Positions 9,136 to 16,982 of a stretch of 32,000 nt of DNA are shown here, piece after piece. Made by a program: the position numbers and the translations under genes. The notes beneath the pieces are model-generated. The model did no database searches and had not been told where the DNA came from. It saw only the letters and a list, made by a program, of their open reading frames with translations. Where the stretch lies: the NCBI GenBank assembly GCA_963811985.1, contig CAWEUH010000051.1, positions 116,162-148,161 on the forward strand, written 5' to 3'. The DNA is from an uncultured delta proteobacterium. Lineage in GTDB: Bacteria; Myxococcota_A; Polyangia; Polyangiales; Polyangiaceae. Numbering within the stretch: the first letter of the stretch is position 1; every line of letters begins with the position of its first letter.

Positions 9136-9846
9136 ATGACCGTAGCCATATTGATGCCGACGTACAATGAAGGAGGTCGTCTCGTCGCGACGCTTGAAGC
9201 GCTACGCGAGCGTGGCGCAGAATTCGGCGGTCTGGTCGTCTTGCTGGTGGATGATGGGAGCGGGCTACCCGTGGGCATTCAGCAGCTTCCCGGAGCGACA
9301 CGTGACTTTCGCGTGCGGCTAGCACGGCATGCACTCAATTTGGGGCAAGGCGCCGCACTGGAGACCGCGCGCAGGATGGCGCTCGAGCATCCGGGCTGTA
9401 CGGCATACGTAACCATGGACTCTGACGGACAACACAGCGTTGACGGCGCCTTGGCAATGGCGCAGGCGGTTGCATCGGGGGCAGACGTGGCATTTGGCAG
9501 TCGCTTTCTCTCCGGCTCCGTTATACCGCCGCGCAGGCGTGCACTGCTGCGGGCTGCGCGGCTGTTCGAATGGTCGCTGAGCGGGCTTCGGCTATCGGAC
9601 GCCCACAACGGGCTAAGGGGGTTCAGCCGACGTGCACTTGAGCGCCTCCGCATCCGTCAGAACGGAATGGCGCACGCTACCGAAATCACGTTGTCGGCAT
9701 CCAACAAGCGAGGGTGGTCGATCGTAGAAGTGCCCGTCTTGGTGAAATATAGCCAAGAGTCGTTGAACAAGGGGCAGCCAACCTCATCCGCGCTCGGAAT
9801 TGTGAATGATCTGCTGCTTCAGTATTTGTTTGGAGATCGCATATGA
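9136..9846 (+). CDS. Family 2 glycosyltransferase, polyprenyl-phosphate sugar synthase-like (GtrB/DPM1-like)
   Basis: MTVAILMPTYNEGGRLVATLEAL...LLVDDGSGLP...TMDSDGQH is the GT-A/GT2 signature. A GGAGG sits 10 nt upstream of ATG 9136. The stop overlaps the next start as ATGA at 9843-9846. Confidence 0.8.
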   Translation: MTVAILMPTYNEGGRLVATLEALRERGAEFGGLVVLLVDDGSGLPVGIQQLPGATRDFRVRLARHALNLGQGAALETARRMALEHPGCTAYVTMDSDGQHSVDGALAMAQAVASGADVAFGSRFLSGSVIPPRRRALLRAARLFEWSLSGLRLSDAHNGLRGFSRRALERLRIRQNGMAHATEITLSASNKRGWSIVEVPVLVKYSQESLNKGQPTSSALGIVNDLLLQYLFGDRI

Positions 9847-10229
9847 ACTTCGCGAGCATACTTCTGCTGACGTTTGTCATGGGTCTGGTCGTATTCGACA
9901 CAATAATGCTCTGGACCAAGAACCGAAGAGCGTTGTTGCTCGAATGGTTGGTATTCTTCACGGGAGCATACTTCATTGCTTTCCCTGAGCAGTCAACGGT
10001 ACTCGCGCATGCGTTCGGCATTGGTCGTGGCGTAGATTTTCTAATCTATCCGATCGTTATCTGGCTAACTCGGGAATCGCTTCTCAATCGACGGCGACGT
10101 ATCCAGGATGCGGAGAACATTACCAGGCTCACGCGCGCATTGGCCCTCGCCGGAGTACAGGCACAGGAAATGCACTTTACTCCACTGCGCGATAGTCTCC
10201 ACACTCAAGCTTCGATTCCACGGACTTGA
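9843..10229 (+). CDS. Small membrane protein, DUF2304-like (a common partner of GT2 genes)
   Basis: 128 aa with 3-4 TM segments. The motif FGIGRGVDFLIYPIV, followed by a charged helical tail, resembles DUF2304 as I remember it. Translationally coupled to the GT2 gene. Confidence 0.55.
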   Translation: MNFASILLLTFVMGLVVFDTIMLWTKNRRALLLEWLVFFTGAYFIAFPEQSTVLAHAFGIGRGVDFLIYPIVIWLTRESLLNRRRRIQDAENITRLTRALALAGVQAQEMHFTPLRDSLHTQASIPRT

Positions 10230-10857
10230 CAACATAGTCGCGTCGCGAGTGGAAGGGGGCAGCCCAAAGCAAGTTGTAAGGTTGATGGTTCACGCAGATT
10301 CGGGAGCCGCTTTCCAAACGTGCGATCTGCCGGCTATCGACTTTCTCGCGCACGAGATCCGAAAACGAACTGCCCGAAGCATAAACGTAACCGCCATGGC
10401 TAACGACCACGACGACGCCCGTTGCAACAACGGCGATTAGGCCTTGTATCCTTCTCAGGGGCTCTCGCGGGACGAGCCACAGGTTGAGTGCGGTAAGTAC
10501 AATCATCCAAACCATGTAGTATCGTAGCTCATGCGACTGCGGCATCGCCGAAATCAGCACTGTGATCAGAGCAAAGCCACCGCCGAGGGTCCAGGCATTG
10601 CGCGATTTCATCCGGGTCAATAGATACGCAAACAGCGCCAACTGCCAGACCACGTAGGCACCAAAGAACCCTCCCATCCGGTAACTGGGGGAATCGCTTG
10701 GAGTCCATTGATCAAGGGTCCATCGATGGGGATCGGACAACGGCACCGAACGAAGTTCCAGTATCGAGGCCACAAAAGCGCAAGGGTCTTGGTGAACTTG
10801 CAAGCCAGTTAGGCGACGACGCATAGGGCTCTTCAGTGCCTGCGTAGTGGTGCCCAA
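10177..10857 (-). CDS. Membrane protein. It is either the C-terminal part of the upstream gene, separated by a frameshift, or a separate 166-aa gene starting at ATG 10677.
   Basis: ORF 10177..10857 overlaps the 10712..11704 ORF by 146 bp in another frame. The hydrophobic core is MGGFFGAYVVWQLALFAYLL...QSHELRYYMVWMIVLTALNLWLV. Its 3' end overlaps the convergent DUF2304 gene by 53 bp. Confidence 0.45.
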   Translation of the reverse strand: MGTTTQALKSPMRRRLTGLQVHQDPCAFVASILELRSVPLSDPHRWTLDQWTPSDSPSYRMGGFFGAYVVWQLALFAYLLTRMKSRNAWTLGGGFALITVLISAMPQSHELRYYMVWMIVLTALNLWLVPREPLRRIQGLIAVVATGVVVVVSHGGYVYASGSSFSDLVREKVDSRQIARLESGSRICVNHQPYNLLWAAPFHSRRDYVVKSVESKLECGDYRAVE

Positions 10858-11704
10858 GGATGGAAAAGTCCAGCGGATAAACGGGGTTATTTTGCCGAAC
10901 TAGATTCCTAAGCGGAGTGGCGAGAACAAGGGCTAGCACGAATGCAGCCGTCCCTAGCGCGACCAGTTTTCGAGTGCGAGTCCGAAGAGTCATCGACCGA
11001 TGATAGAGCGCCAATGCACGTAGGCCGAACAGGGTCAGGGCGGTGAGAACTATTGGCACAAGCAGCATCTTCGAGTTTGCAGAGAACGCCGCGGCCAGCA
11101 CCGCTAGAGCGACGGCCGACAAATTGGGTGGGTCCTTGCGTACGTAGGCCTCCAACGTGAGTAGGATTAACGCCGCCAGCGCGGTGTTTGCCGGCAAATC
11201 GACGTAGCAGGAGGTCATATGCAGCTGCACGAGTGGCACTGCAAATAGTCCCAGAATACTAAGAAAGATAGGTACGCCGAATCGACAGCGAAGGAACAAC
11301 GCAAATAAGGGAACGCTCGAAAATGCGACTAGGTTTGCTGACTCAGGACGCCCCGTAAGCCGCCAAAGCCACCCCTGAAGCAGCTCGCCAAGCAAAGGGA
11401 AACCCTGAAACCGTGCTGCGTTCGCCGAATCGAAGACGAACAGGCTGCTTGGCACGATGCCGGCCAGGCGCGCCGCAAATGGCAAATGGTAGTACCAAAC
11501 GTCCCAGGCCTGCGACGCATCGTGCAACGCGCCAACCAATGTGGACGCCACCAAGCCGAACGCAAGCCACTTGAGCAAACGTTCAATCCAATTCCAGCCA
11601 ATTCCCGACGCCATTCCGACTAGACGCACTAGTCGCGCGATTCCACTGAAGTGATGGTCCGTTGGACCCGGCCGCTGCGCGGCCAATCGCGCCACTATCC
11701 TCAT
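10712..11704 (-). CDS. Polytopic membrane protein, candidate N-terminal portion of a GT-C-type glycosyltransferase
   Basis: 330-aa ORF with about 8 hydrophobic segments and an early loop HDASQAWDVWYYHLPF. No confident family call. The start could be ATG 11704 or ATG 11614. Confidence 0.5.
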   Translation of the reverse strand: MRIVARLAAQRPGPTDHHFSGIARLVRLVGMASGIGWNWIERLLKWLAFGLVASTLVGALHDASQAWDVWYYHLPFAARLAGIVPSSLFVFDSANAARFQGFPLLGELLQGWLWRLTGRPESANLVAFSSVPLFALFLRCRFGVPIFLSILGLFAVPLVQLHMTSCYVDLPANTALAALILLTLEAYVRKDPPNLSAVALAVLAAAFSANSKMLLVPIVLTALTLFGLRALALYHRSMTLRTRTRKLVALGTAAFVLALVLATPLRNLVRQNNPVYPLDFSILGHHYAGTEEPYASSPNWLASSPRPLRFCGLDTGTSFGAVVRSPSMDP

Positions 11705-11746
11705 TTTTTGGGCATTCGCCCAAACCCAAATTTGCTTCGCGAATTT

Positions 11747-11780
11747 CTAGTACCTCGATTCAACAGAATCGAGGTACTAG
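11747..11780. other. Perfect inverted repeat or hairpin (15-bp arms, 4-nt loop)
   Basis: CTAGTACCTCGATTC-aaca-GAATCGAGGTACTAG, read directly from the sequence. It lies in the roughly 500-bp divergent intergenic region between 11704 and 12208. Confidence 0.85.
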
Positions 11781-12207
11781 TGAGTTCTATCTGCCAAGAA
11801 CGCAAGCCATCTGGGTAATGTCTGACAAATTCCCTCATGTTCGAGCATCAACTCAGCCCGTTTCCGTCAGCGGGCTAGGGACCCGCTGACCCACCAGATA
11901 AGCCAACCGGGCCTTGATGGCTGCTACGGTGTCCAACAATCTTGAACAGCGTTTCGGCGAGCTAGGTAGTTGAAGAAATGCGCGGGCTTTGCCAGTCTTT
12001 GGGATAACACCGCAGGATATGAGGAGCCAATTCAGGGCGCACACGCGCTATCAATTTGGCCCGCCGACTGATTACTGTCCTGCAGAAACATAAGGGGTTG
12101 CTCTCATGGCGCGGGCAAAGCACCTTGATTTGCCCTACAATGCCGCGGGCGCGCCGCGCGGGCGGCCATCCTTCGACATTTGAAGAACGTGAGAATGAGG
12201 AGAAACT

Positions 12208-13608
12208 ATGCTTTTTTGGGGTGAATCGTCGTCGTCAATTCGGTCTTGGGTTACGTTGGCACTGGTGTGCGCTTTTGCGTCGTGCAAGCGCGAGCCTGCT
12301 CCCAATCAAGTCCCCAGCACGCCTGCACCTGTCGCACCGGCTGCAACAGGCGGCGCACCGCCGGCCGTTGCCTCACCGTCAACGGGCGGCACCCCGGTTT
12401 CGACCCCAAGCACGGCCGTTGCGCCCGTCAACAAGAACGCGCTCTCTCTGCAGAACATCAGCGCGTTCACGGCCAAGTCAGGCCAATTCGTCACCGTCCC
12501 GTACGTCGAAAAACTCTACGATGAGCAAAATCAATTCGACAAGGCGAAACACTCGTTCAAAGCAGCCAAGGCCAACTCTTTCCAGTTCTGCGCGTCTCTC
12601 GCCTCTCTCAGTAAGGATTTTGACATCAACCTGTTTGTCAACGGCGTTCGCAATAGCGTTTTAGCGCGAGCCAAGCGCGGCAGCGCGCAGGGTTGCCGCA
12701 CCCTCAAGCTGAAGGCGAACGACATGGCAGACGTGCGCGTCGAGCAAACGTTGGGCGAGCCACTGTCATTCCAACCCAATGACAGCTGGGACTGGATGAA
12801 CATCCAAGCTATCAGCGGTAGCGTCTCGCTAGACAGCATCGACCCCTTCGTGGCCGAACCCAACAAGTTCACCAAGGTTCAGTACGCTTCCAAAACGGTT
12901 GACGCCGACAAGCAGTTCGACGTGAAGACAAATCGCTTCACGGCTGCGGAAGCGGGAGACTACCGGGTCTGTTCCGCCTTGGCGTCGCCGTCACCTGACT
13001 TCGAACTCGACCTCTTCGTCAATGGACAGCGTACGAACGCGTTCTGCTCCTCGCGTCAGGGCTTCTGTGATGGCTGCCGTACCGTACGTCTATCAAAGGG
13101 GCAGTACGTCAACATCTGGGCGTACTCGCCTGGCGGTGGCCCGATCGAATTCAAGCCGAAGAAATTCTACGACTGGATGACCGTCAACAAGATTTCGGCG
13201 AGCATCACACCCCTCGACGTGTACTTCGACAATTTGACGAGTTTCCCCGCGGCGCAGAACGTGCCAACGAAAGTCCGTTACGGCAGAAAGGTCTACGACA
13301 ATCGAAATCAGTTCAACGCGCAGAACAATCGCTTCACGGCGGCTGAACCGCGCGACTATCGAGTCTGCGCGTCGTTGGCGGATTTCGCACAGGACTACGA
13401 CCTTGTGATTGCCATCAACGGCGTTCGAGAGAAGGGCCTTGCCATGAGCGCAAACGGGTTTGCTCGAGGGTGTCGGACCGTGCGGCTCAAGAACGCGGGC
13501 GATTTCCTGGAACTGCTCGTTGTGCAATCGGCCGTTGCCTCCGTTCCTTTCAACGAGAACAGTTACTGGAATTGGCTGACGATCGAACCGGTGGACGTCA
13601 TCAAGTAA
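12208..13608 (+). CDS. Lipoprotein with a Pro/Thr/Ser/Ala linker and three tandem repeats of about 125 aa that resemble C1q/TNF-like jelly-roll domains
   Basis: GGAG sits 7 nt upstream of the ATG. The signal peptide ends in a lipobox-like FASC (Cys26). The three repeats share ..V.Y..K.YD..NQF....N.FTAAE..DYRVC..LA...D.DL....NG.R........GCRT..L...D. The FtA..G.Y pattern and layout are C1q-like. This is motif recognition only. Confidence 0.7.
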   Translation: MLFWGESSSSIRSWVTLALVCAFASCKREPAPNQVPSTPAPVAPAATGGAPPAVASPSTGGTPVSTPSTAVAPVNKNALSLQNISAFTAKSGQFVTVPYVEKLYDEQNQFDKAKHSFKAAKANSFQFCASLASLSKDFDINLFVNGVRNSVLARAKRGSAQGCRTLKLKANDMADVRVEQTLGEPLSFQPNDSWDWMNIQAISGSVSLDSIDPFVAEPNKFTKVQYASKTVDADKQFDVKTNRFTAAEAGDYRVCSALASPSPDFELDLFVNGQRTNAFCSSRQGFCDGCRTVRLSKGQYVNIWAYSPGGGPIEFKPKKFYDWMTVNKISASITPLDVYFDNLTSFPAAQNVPTKVRYGRKVYDNRNQFNAQNNRFTAAEPRDYRVCASLADFAQDYDLVIAINGVREKGLAMSANGFARGCRTVRLKNAGDFLELLVVQSAVASVPFNENSYWNWLTIEPVDVIK

Positions 13609-14119
13609 GCGCTAGCTTCCACGCCACTCTAACCATCGCGACCGTTCGAGGGTCACCTTGCCCTGGTCATGACGTCACGCGCACCATCGAAGCTAACCAC
13701 TACCTCGCTCGGTTCGACGTGTGCCGTCCAAGTGAGGGTGCGTTTACCCGCGTGGGTCGCAGCACAACAACAGGCCAAGGCTCAATAACCCAATTCGTCG
13801 AGCCAGATGGCTTGTTGCACCGGCGCTACGCATCGCTCTAGTTAGGCCTTGATCGAGTTCATCAACCGTAGCACCGACGCCGCCTGGGAAGCCCTCGACG
13901 GCCGCAGCACGCAATTCCGTGCCGTCATGCCAATAGTTCGGCAGAATAAAAGCGGTCAAGGCCCCACGCCGTGCGCGCCGAGGGGCCGGTCCCGACGAAA
14001 ACACCGAGGGCGTCGGTTGAATAGTACTGGCCAAACTGCGGTAGATGTGGCTATCTCGCGGTCGGGAATCGATTGTCTCCTGTGGTGTTCACATCCGCAA
14101 GGGACCAGACGGGGATATC

Positions 14120-15541
14120 ATGAAAAAAACCGCACCCTTTGTAACCACCACAATAGGTTCATTGCTCGTCTTGTGCGTTGCTTGTGGCAGCGACGACAAC
14201 GGGCCCGCCAACACGAACAACGCTGCGACCGGCGGAACGACTACCGTCGGGAGCTCGGTCACCGGCGGCAAGACCAACGGAGGCACCAGTGCGGCAGCCA
14301 CGGGCGGCAAGGCCACTGGCGGCACGAGTACGGTAGCCACGGGTGGCGCGGCGACCGGTGGCACCAGTGCGGTTGGCAACAACACGGGCGGAATGGCAAC
14401 GGGCGGCAGCAGCGCAGTGGCTGCAACGGGCGGCGCCCCCACCGCCACTGGCGGAGCGACTAGCAACGGCGGCAGCAAGGCTACCGGCGGCGCGAGTACA
14501 GCAGCCACGGGTGGTGCGGGCGGCAAGGCCACGGGTGGAACCGGCGCCGGAGGCAAGGCCACGGGCGGCACTAGTTCGGGCGGAAAAGCGACCGGCGGCA
14601 GCAGCACGGCCCCCACGGGCGGAACGACTAGCAACGGTGGCAGCAAGGCCACGGGTGGCGCGAGTACAGCAGCCACGGGTGGCGTCGGAGGCAAGGCTAC
14701 GGGTGGCAGCAGCACGGTCAACCCCACGGGCGGAACGACTAACAACGGGGGCACTAGCGCAGTCGGAACGGCGACCGGCGGCAGCACCGTTGTCACCGCC
14801 ACGGGCGGAGCGACAAGCAACGGTGGCACCAGTGCCGTCGGATCGGTCACCGGCGGCAGCAGCACGGTTACCCCCACGGGCGGGACGACTTCCATCGGCA
14901 GCACCGCAACGGGCGGAAGCACCAGCAGCGGTGGGGCAACGTCAACCTGCACCAACTTGACAACCGCCTGCGGTGGTGACGTGGTTGGAACTTGGAAAGT
15001 GACGTCGTCGTGTCTGACCGTGAGTGGCGCGTTGGACATATCGTCGGCGGGTACAGATTGCACGACCTGGCCCATTACGGGGGGTTCGCTTACCGTGACC
15101 GCAGCGGGAACCATAACGTTTGCCGCCGACCTGACGTACACGGACAACACGACCACGACGGGCAACGTGCAGCTCACGGTGCCGGCCGACTGCAAGAACC
15201 TGTCAGGGACCAGCGCCACCTGCGCGGGGCTAGGCGCAGTCATCCCCTTGAACGTGGGCTTCGACTCGACCTCGTCTTGCGTAGACGCTACGAGCGGCGG
15301 CGGGTGCACGTGCCAGGCTAACGCTAATCAGTCCGGCTGGTTAGGGGTGGTATCCGGGGCTGCGTTAACAGGTAACGGCGACCAATACACGGCTTCGAGC
15401 AACGTGCTCACGCTCACCACGAGCAACTCGCATACCCTTACAGCCACGTATTCGTACTGCGTCTCAGGAAATACGCTGACCTTGACCCCGACGCCCACGA
15501 GCATGACCCTAGCGGGCACGATCGTGCTTACGAAGCAGTAG
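14120..15541 (+). CDS. Lipoprotein with a roughly 265-aa Thr/Gly/Ser/Ala-rich (xTGGx) repeat region and a Cys-rich C-terminal domain
   Basis: ORF 14045..15541. ATG 14120 gives MKKTAPFVTTTIGSLLVLCVACGSDD (signal peptide plus Cys). About 30 ATGG/KATGG motifs follow. The C-terminal roughly 200 aa are non-repetitive with about 9 Cys. Confidence 0.7.
   Translation: MKKTAPFVTTTIGSLLVLCVACGSDDNGPANTNNAATGGTTTVGSSVTGGKTNGGTSAAATGGKATGGTSTVATGGAATGGTSAVGNNTGGMATGGSSAVAATGGAPTATGGATSNGGSKATGGASTAATGGAGGKATGGTGAGGKATGGTSSGGKATGGSSTAPTGGTTSNGGSKATGGASTAATGGVGGKATGGSSTVNPTGGTTNNGGTSAVGTATGGSTVVTATGGATSNGGTSAVGSVTGGSSTVTPTGGTTSIGSTATGGSTSSGGATSTCTNLTTACGGDVVGTWKVTSSCLTVSGALDISSAGTDCTTWPITGGSLTVTAAGTITFAADLTYTDNTTTTGNVQLTVPADCKNLSGTSATCAGLGAVIPLNVGFDSTSSCVDATSGGGCTCQANANQSGWLGVVSGAALTGNGDQYTASSNVLTLTTSNSHTLTATYSYCVSGNTLTLTPTPTSMTLAGTIVLTKQ
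14226..14940 (+). repeat. Coding low-complexity tandem repeat region (GGC-ACN-GGY-GGC type), including a near-identical 89-bp internal duplication
   Basis: 14450..14538 and 14618..14706 are nearly identical, with an offset of 168 bp (56 codons). The antisense ORF 14089..15309 (PPVA repeats) is an artefact of this repeat. Confidence 0.75.
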
Positions 15542-15712
15542 GTCACAACCCCGGCCTTTCCAAGTCGCTAAGATCCAGGCGAAATCCTGGCGCCTGCGAT
15601 GTGTTGATTTTCTTGGCGAGACGGCACGGCAAAGTCGCTGCACGCTGACCACAATTGTCGTCGTCACTACGAGTTGCGACCTGCCTCTGCTGGTCGTTGT
15701 CGAGTCTGAAAC

Positions 15713-15797
15713 AGCGTGTTGGATGCTAGCATGCTCAACCGAGTCAATCGCATTACAGGGTCGTTGGTTCGGTTGGTTGAGGGCAAGCGGTACTAGG
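15713..15797 (+). pseudogene. 3'-terminal remnant of a four-helix-bundle (23S-IVS family) gene
   Basis: 15713..15792 matches 18833..18912 with 3 mismatches in 80 bp, at an offset of exactly 3120 bp. It reads LDASMLNRVNRITGSLVRLVEGKRY*, against the intact gene's LDASMLNRVNCITGSLVRLVEGKR*. There is no upstream coding part. Confidence 0.7.
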
Positions 15798-16055
15798 CGC
15801 GAAGCATCAAAACCAGCTTCAATGGGGCCGCCGATTTCACTCGGCGGAATGTGGAAATGGAGTCTTCGGTGCCAGGCTGGGCCGAAGGCGCGTGACTCTG
15901 TTTAGGCCCTGACTTTGCGACCTGACGACACTGCGCTGCCGCTCCGGCAGCCAGGCGAGACGGGTACCGGTGCCCAGGCTCTCGCCCGTCAGGCAAGAGT
16001 GACAAGGATTGACGGGAACATTGCCGCGGTCGTCCTCTTGGTGTATACGATGTGT

Positions 16056-16247
16056 ATGCGCACCAACATCGTACTCGACGACGCTCTGGTCCGTGAGGCG
16101 GCTGAGCTCACGGGCATTCGAACAAAGAAAGACTTGGTCAATGAAGCGCTGCGGCTCCTGGTGTCCATGCGCAAGCGTCGCAGTTTGCTCGAGCTGCGCG
16201 GCAAAATTCAATTCGCACCGGGCTACGATTACCGCAAGCTCCGTTAG
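16056..16247 (+). CDS. vapB: Type II antitoxin, VapB family (DUF2191-like)
   Basis: MRTNIVLDDALVREAAELTGIRTKKDLVNEALRLLV is the typical VapB/DUF2191 N-terminus. It lies 14 nt upstream of a PIN gene. I prefer ATG 16056 over the ORF-track start at 15915. Confidence 0.8.
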   Translation: MRTNIVLDDALVREAAELTGIRTKKDLVNEALRLLVSMRKRRSLLELRGKIQFAPGYDYRKLR

Positions 16248-16261
16248 CACGGTAGGGCCCC

Positions 16262-16663
16262 GTGATCATCGTTGACACATCGGTTCTCGTTCAGTTGTTT
16301 CGCAATGGTTCGACCAAAGCAGTTCGAGCGTTCGAGCAGCTCAAACAGCAAGGCGACCCTTTCGCCATCCCGGCAATCTGTTGTCAGGAATTGCTGCAGG
16401 GCGCTCGCGACGCGCGCGAGTGGCGACTGCTGCACAACTATCTCACGACACAAATATGGGTGAGCGCTCTGGATGAGCGTGAAACCCATGTGGCGGCAGC
16501 CAAAATCTACTTTGACTGCCGACGCAAGGGCTACACAGTGCGAAGCACGATCGACTGTCTAATTGCGCAGTTGGTCATCGAGCAAAATGGCGAACTATTG
16601 CACGACGACCGAGATTTCGAGACCATTGCCAAGGTACGGAGGTTGAGGTTCGTCTTGACGTAA
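16262..16663 (+). CDS. vapC: Type II toxin, VapC PIN-domain ribonuclease
   Basis: 133 aa with a GTG start. IIVDTSVLV (Asp5), CQELLQGA (Glu) and HDDRDFE (Asp) fit the PIN acidic residues. Confidence 0.85.
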   Translation: MIIVDTSVLVQLFRNGSTKAVRAFEQLKQQGDPFAIPAICCQELLQGARDAREWRLLHNYLTTQIWVSALDERETHVAAAKIYFDCRRKGYTVRSTIDCLIAQLVIEQNGELLHDDRDFETIAKVRRLRFVLT

Positions 16664-16827
16664 GCAGCCGCAACTGGACCAGGTTCTGCGGCAGCAACCG
16701 CAACCACGCCCCTGCTTCCGTGTCGAGAGTAGCCCCGCTAAGCGGCGTCAATGCCAACTTCGCCATCTGCAACGCCGCCAATTGCAGGGGGGTCGGCTGC
16801 AGCGCAGGCAGCGGCTTGCTCTCGCAT

Positions 16828-16856
16828 CTCGAATTCCCCCGACAGGAGAATTCGAG
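16828..16856. terminator. Hairpin between the convergent TA operons (9-bp stem CTCGAATTC/GAATTCGAG, 11-nt loop)
   Basis: The inverted repeat is read directly from the sequence. There is no U-tract, so terminator function is only a guess. Confidence 0.2.
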
Positions 16857-16982
16857 GTTATCCGAATCAAGTCGCCGCTGTGAAGGCAGTCCACACCGAA
16901 AATCGACCGACCAACGCAACATGCCTATGCGCGGCTGAGATTTGTCTGAATGCCTGTGCAGGTGCAGGGGCGGCGCGGGACG

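Noticed and set aside
12056-12664. 202-aa plus-strand ORF overlapping the start of the 12208 lipoprotein gene
   Set aside because: It is off-frame relative to the well-supported lipoprotein ORF, which has a GGAG RBS, a signal peptide and internal repeats. Its composition is Arg/Ser/Pro-rich and junk-like.
13744-14034. 96-aa minus-strand ORF in the 510-bp gap between the two lipoprotein genes
   Set aside because: I recognise no motif and see no RBS. Composition is Arg/Ala/Gly-biased. It could be a gene remnant, but I cannot support that from the sequence alone.
14089-15309. 406-aa minus-strand ORF rich in PPVA repeats, plus the 14343..14960 plus-strand Arg/Ala-rich ORF
   Set aside because: These are antisense or off-frame readings of the GGC-ACN-GGY coding repeat. 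The plus-strand frame starting at 14120 has a signal peptide, a lipoprotein Cys and a non-repetitive Cys-rich C-terminal domain.
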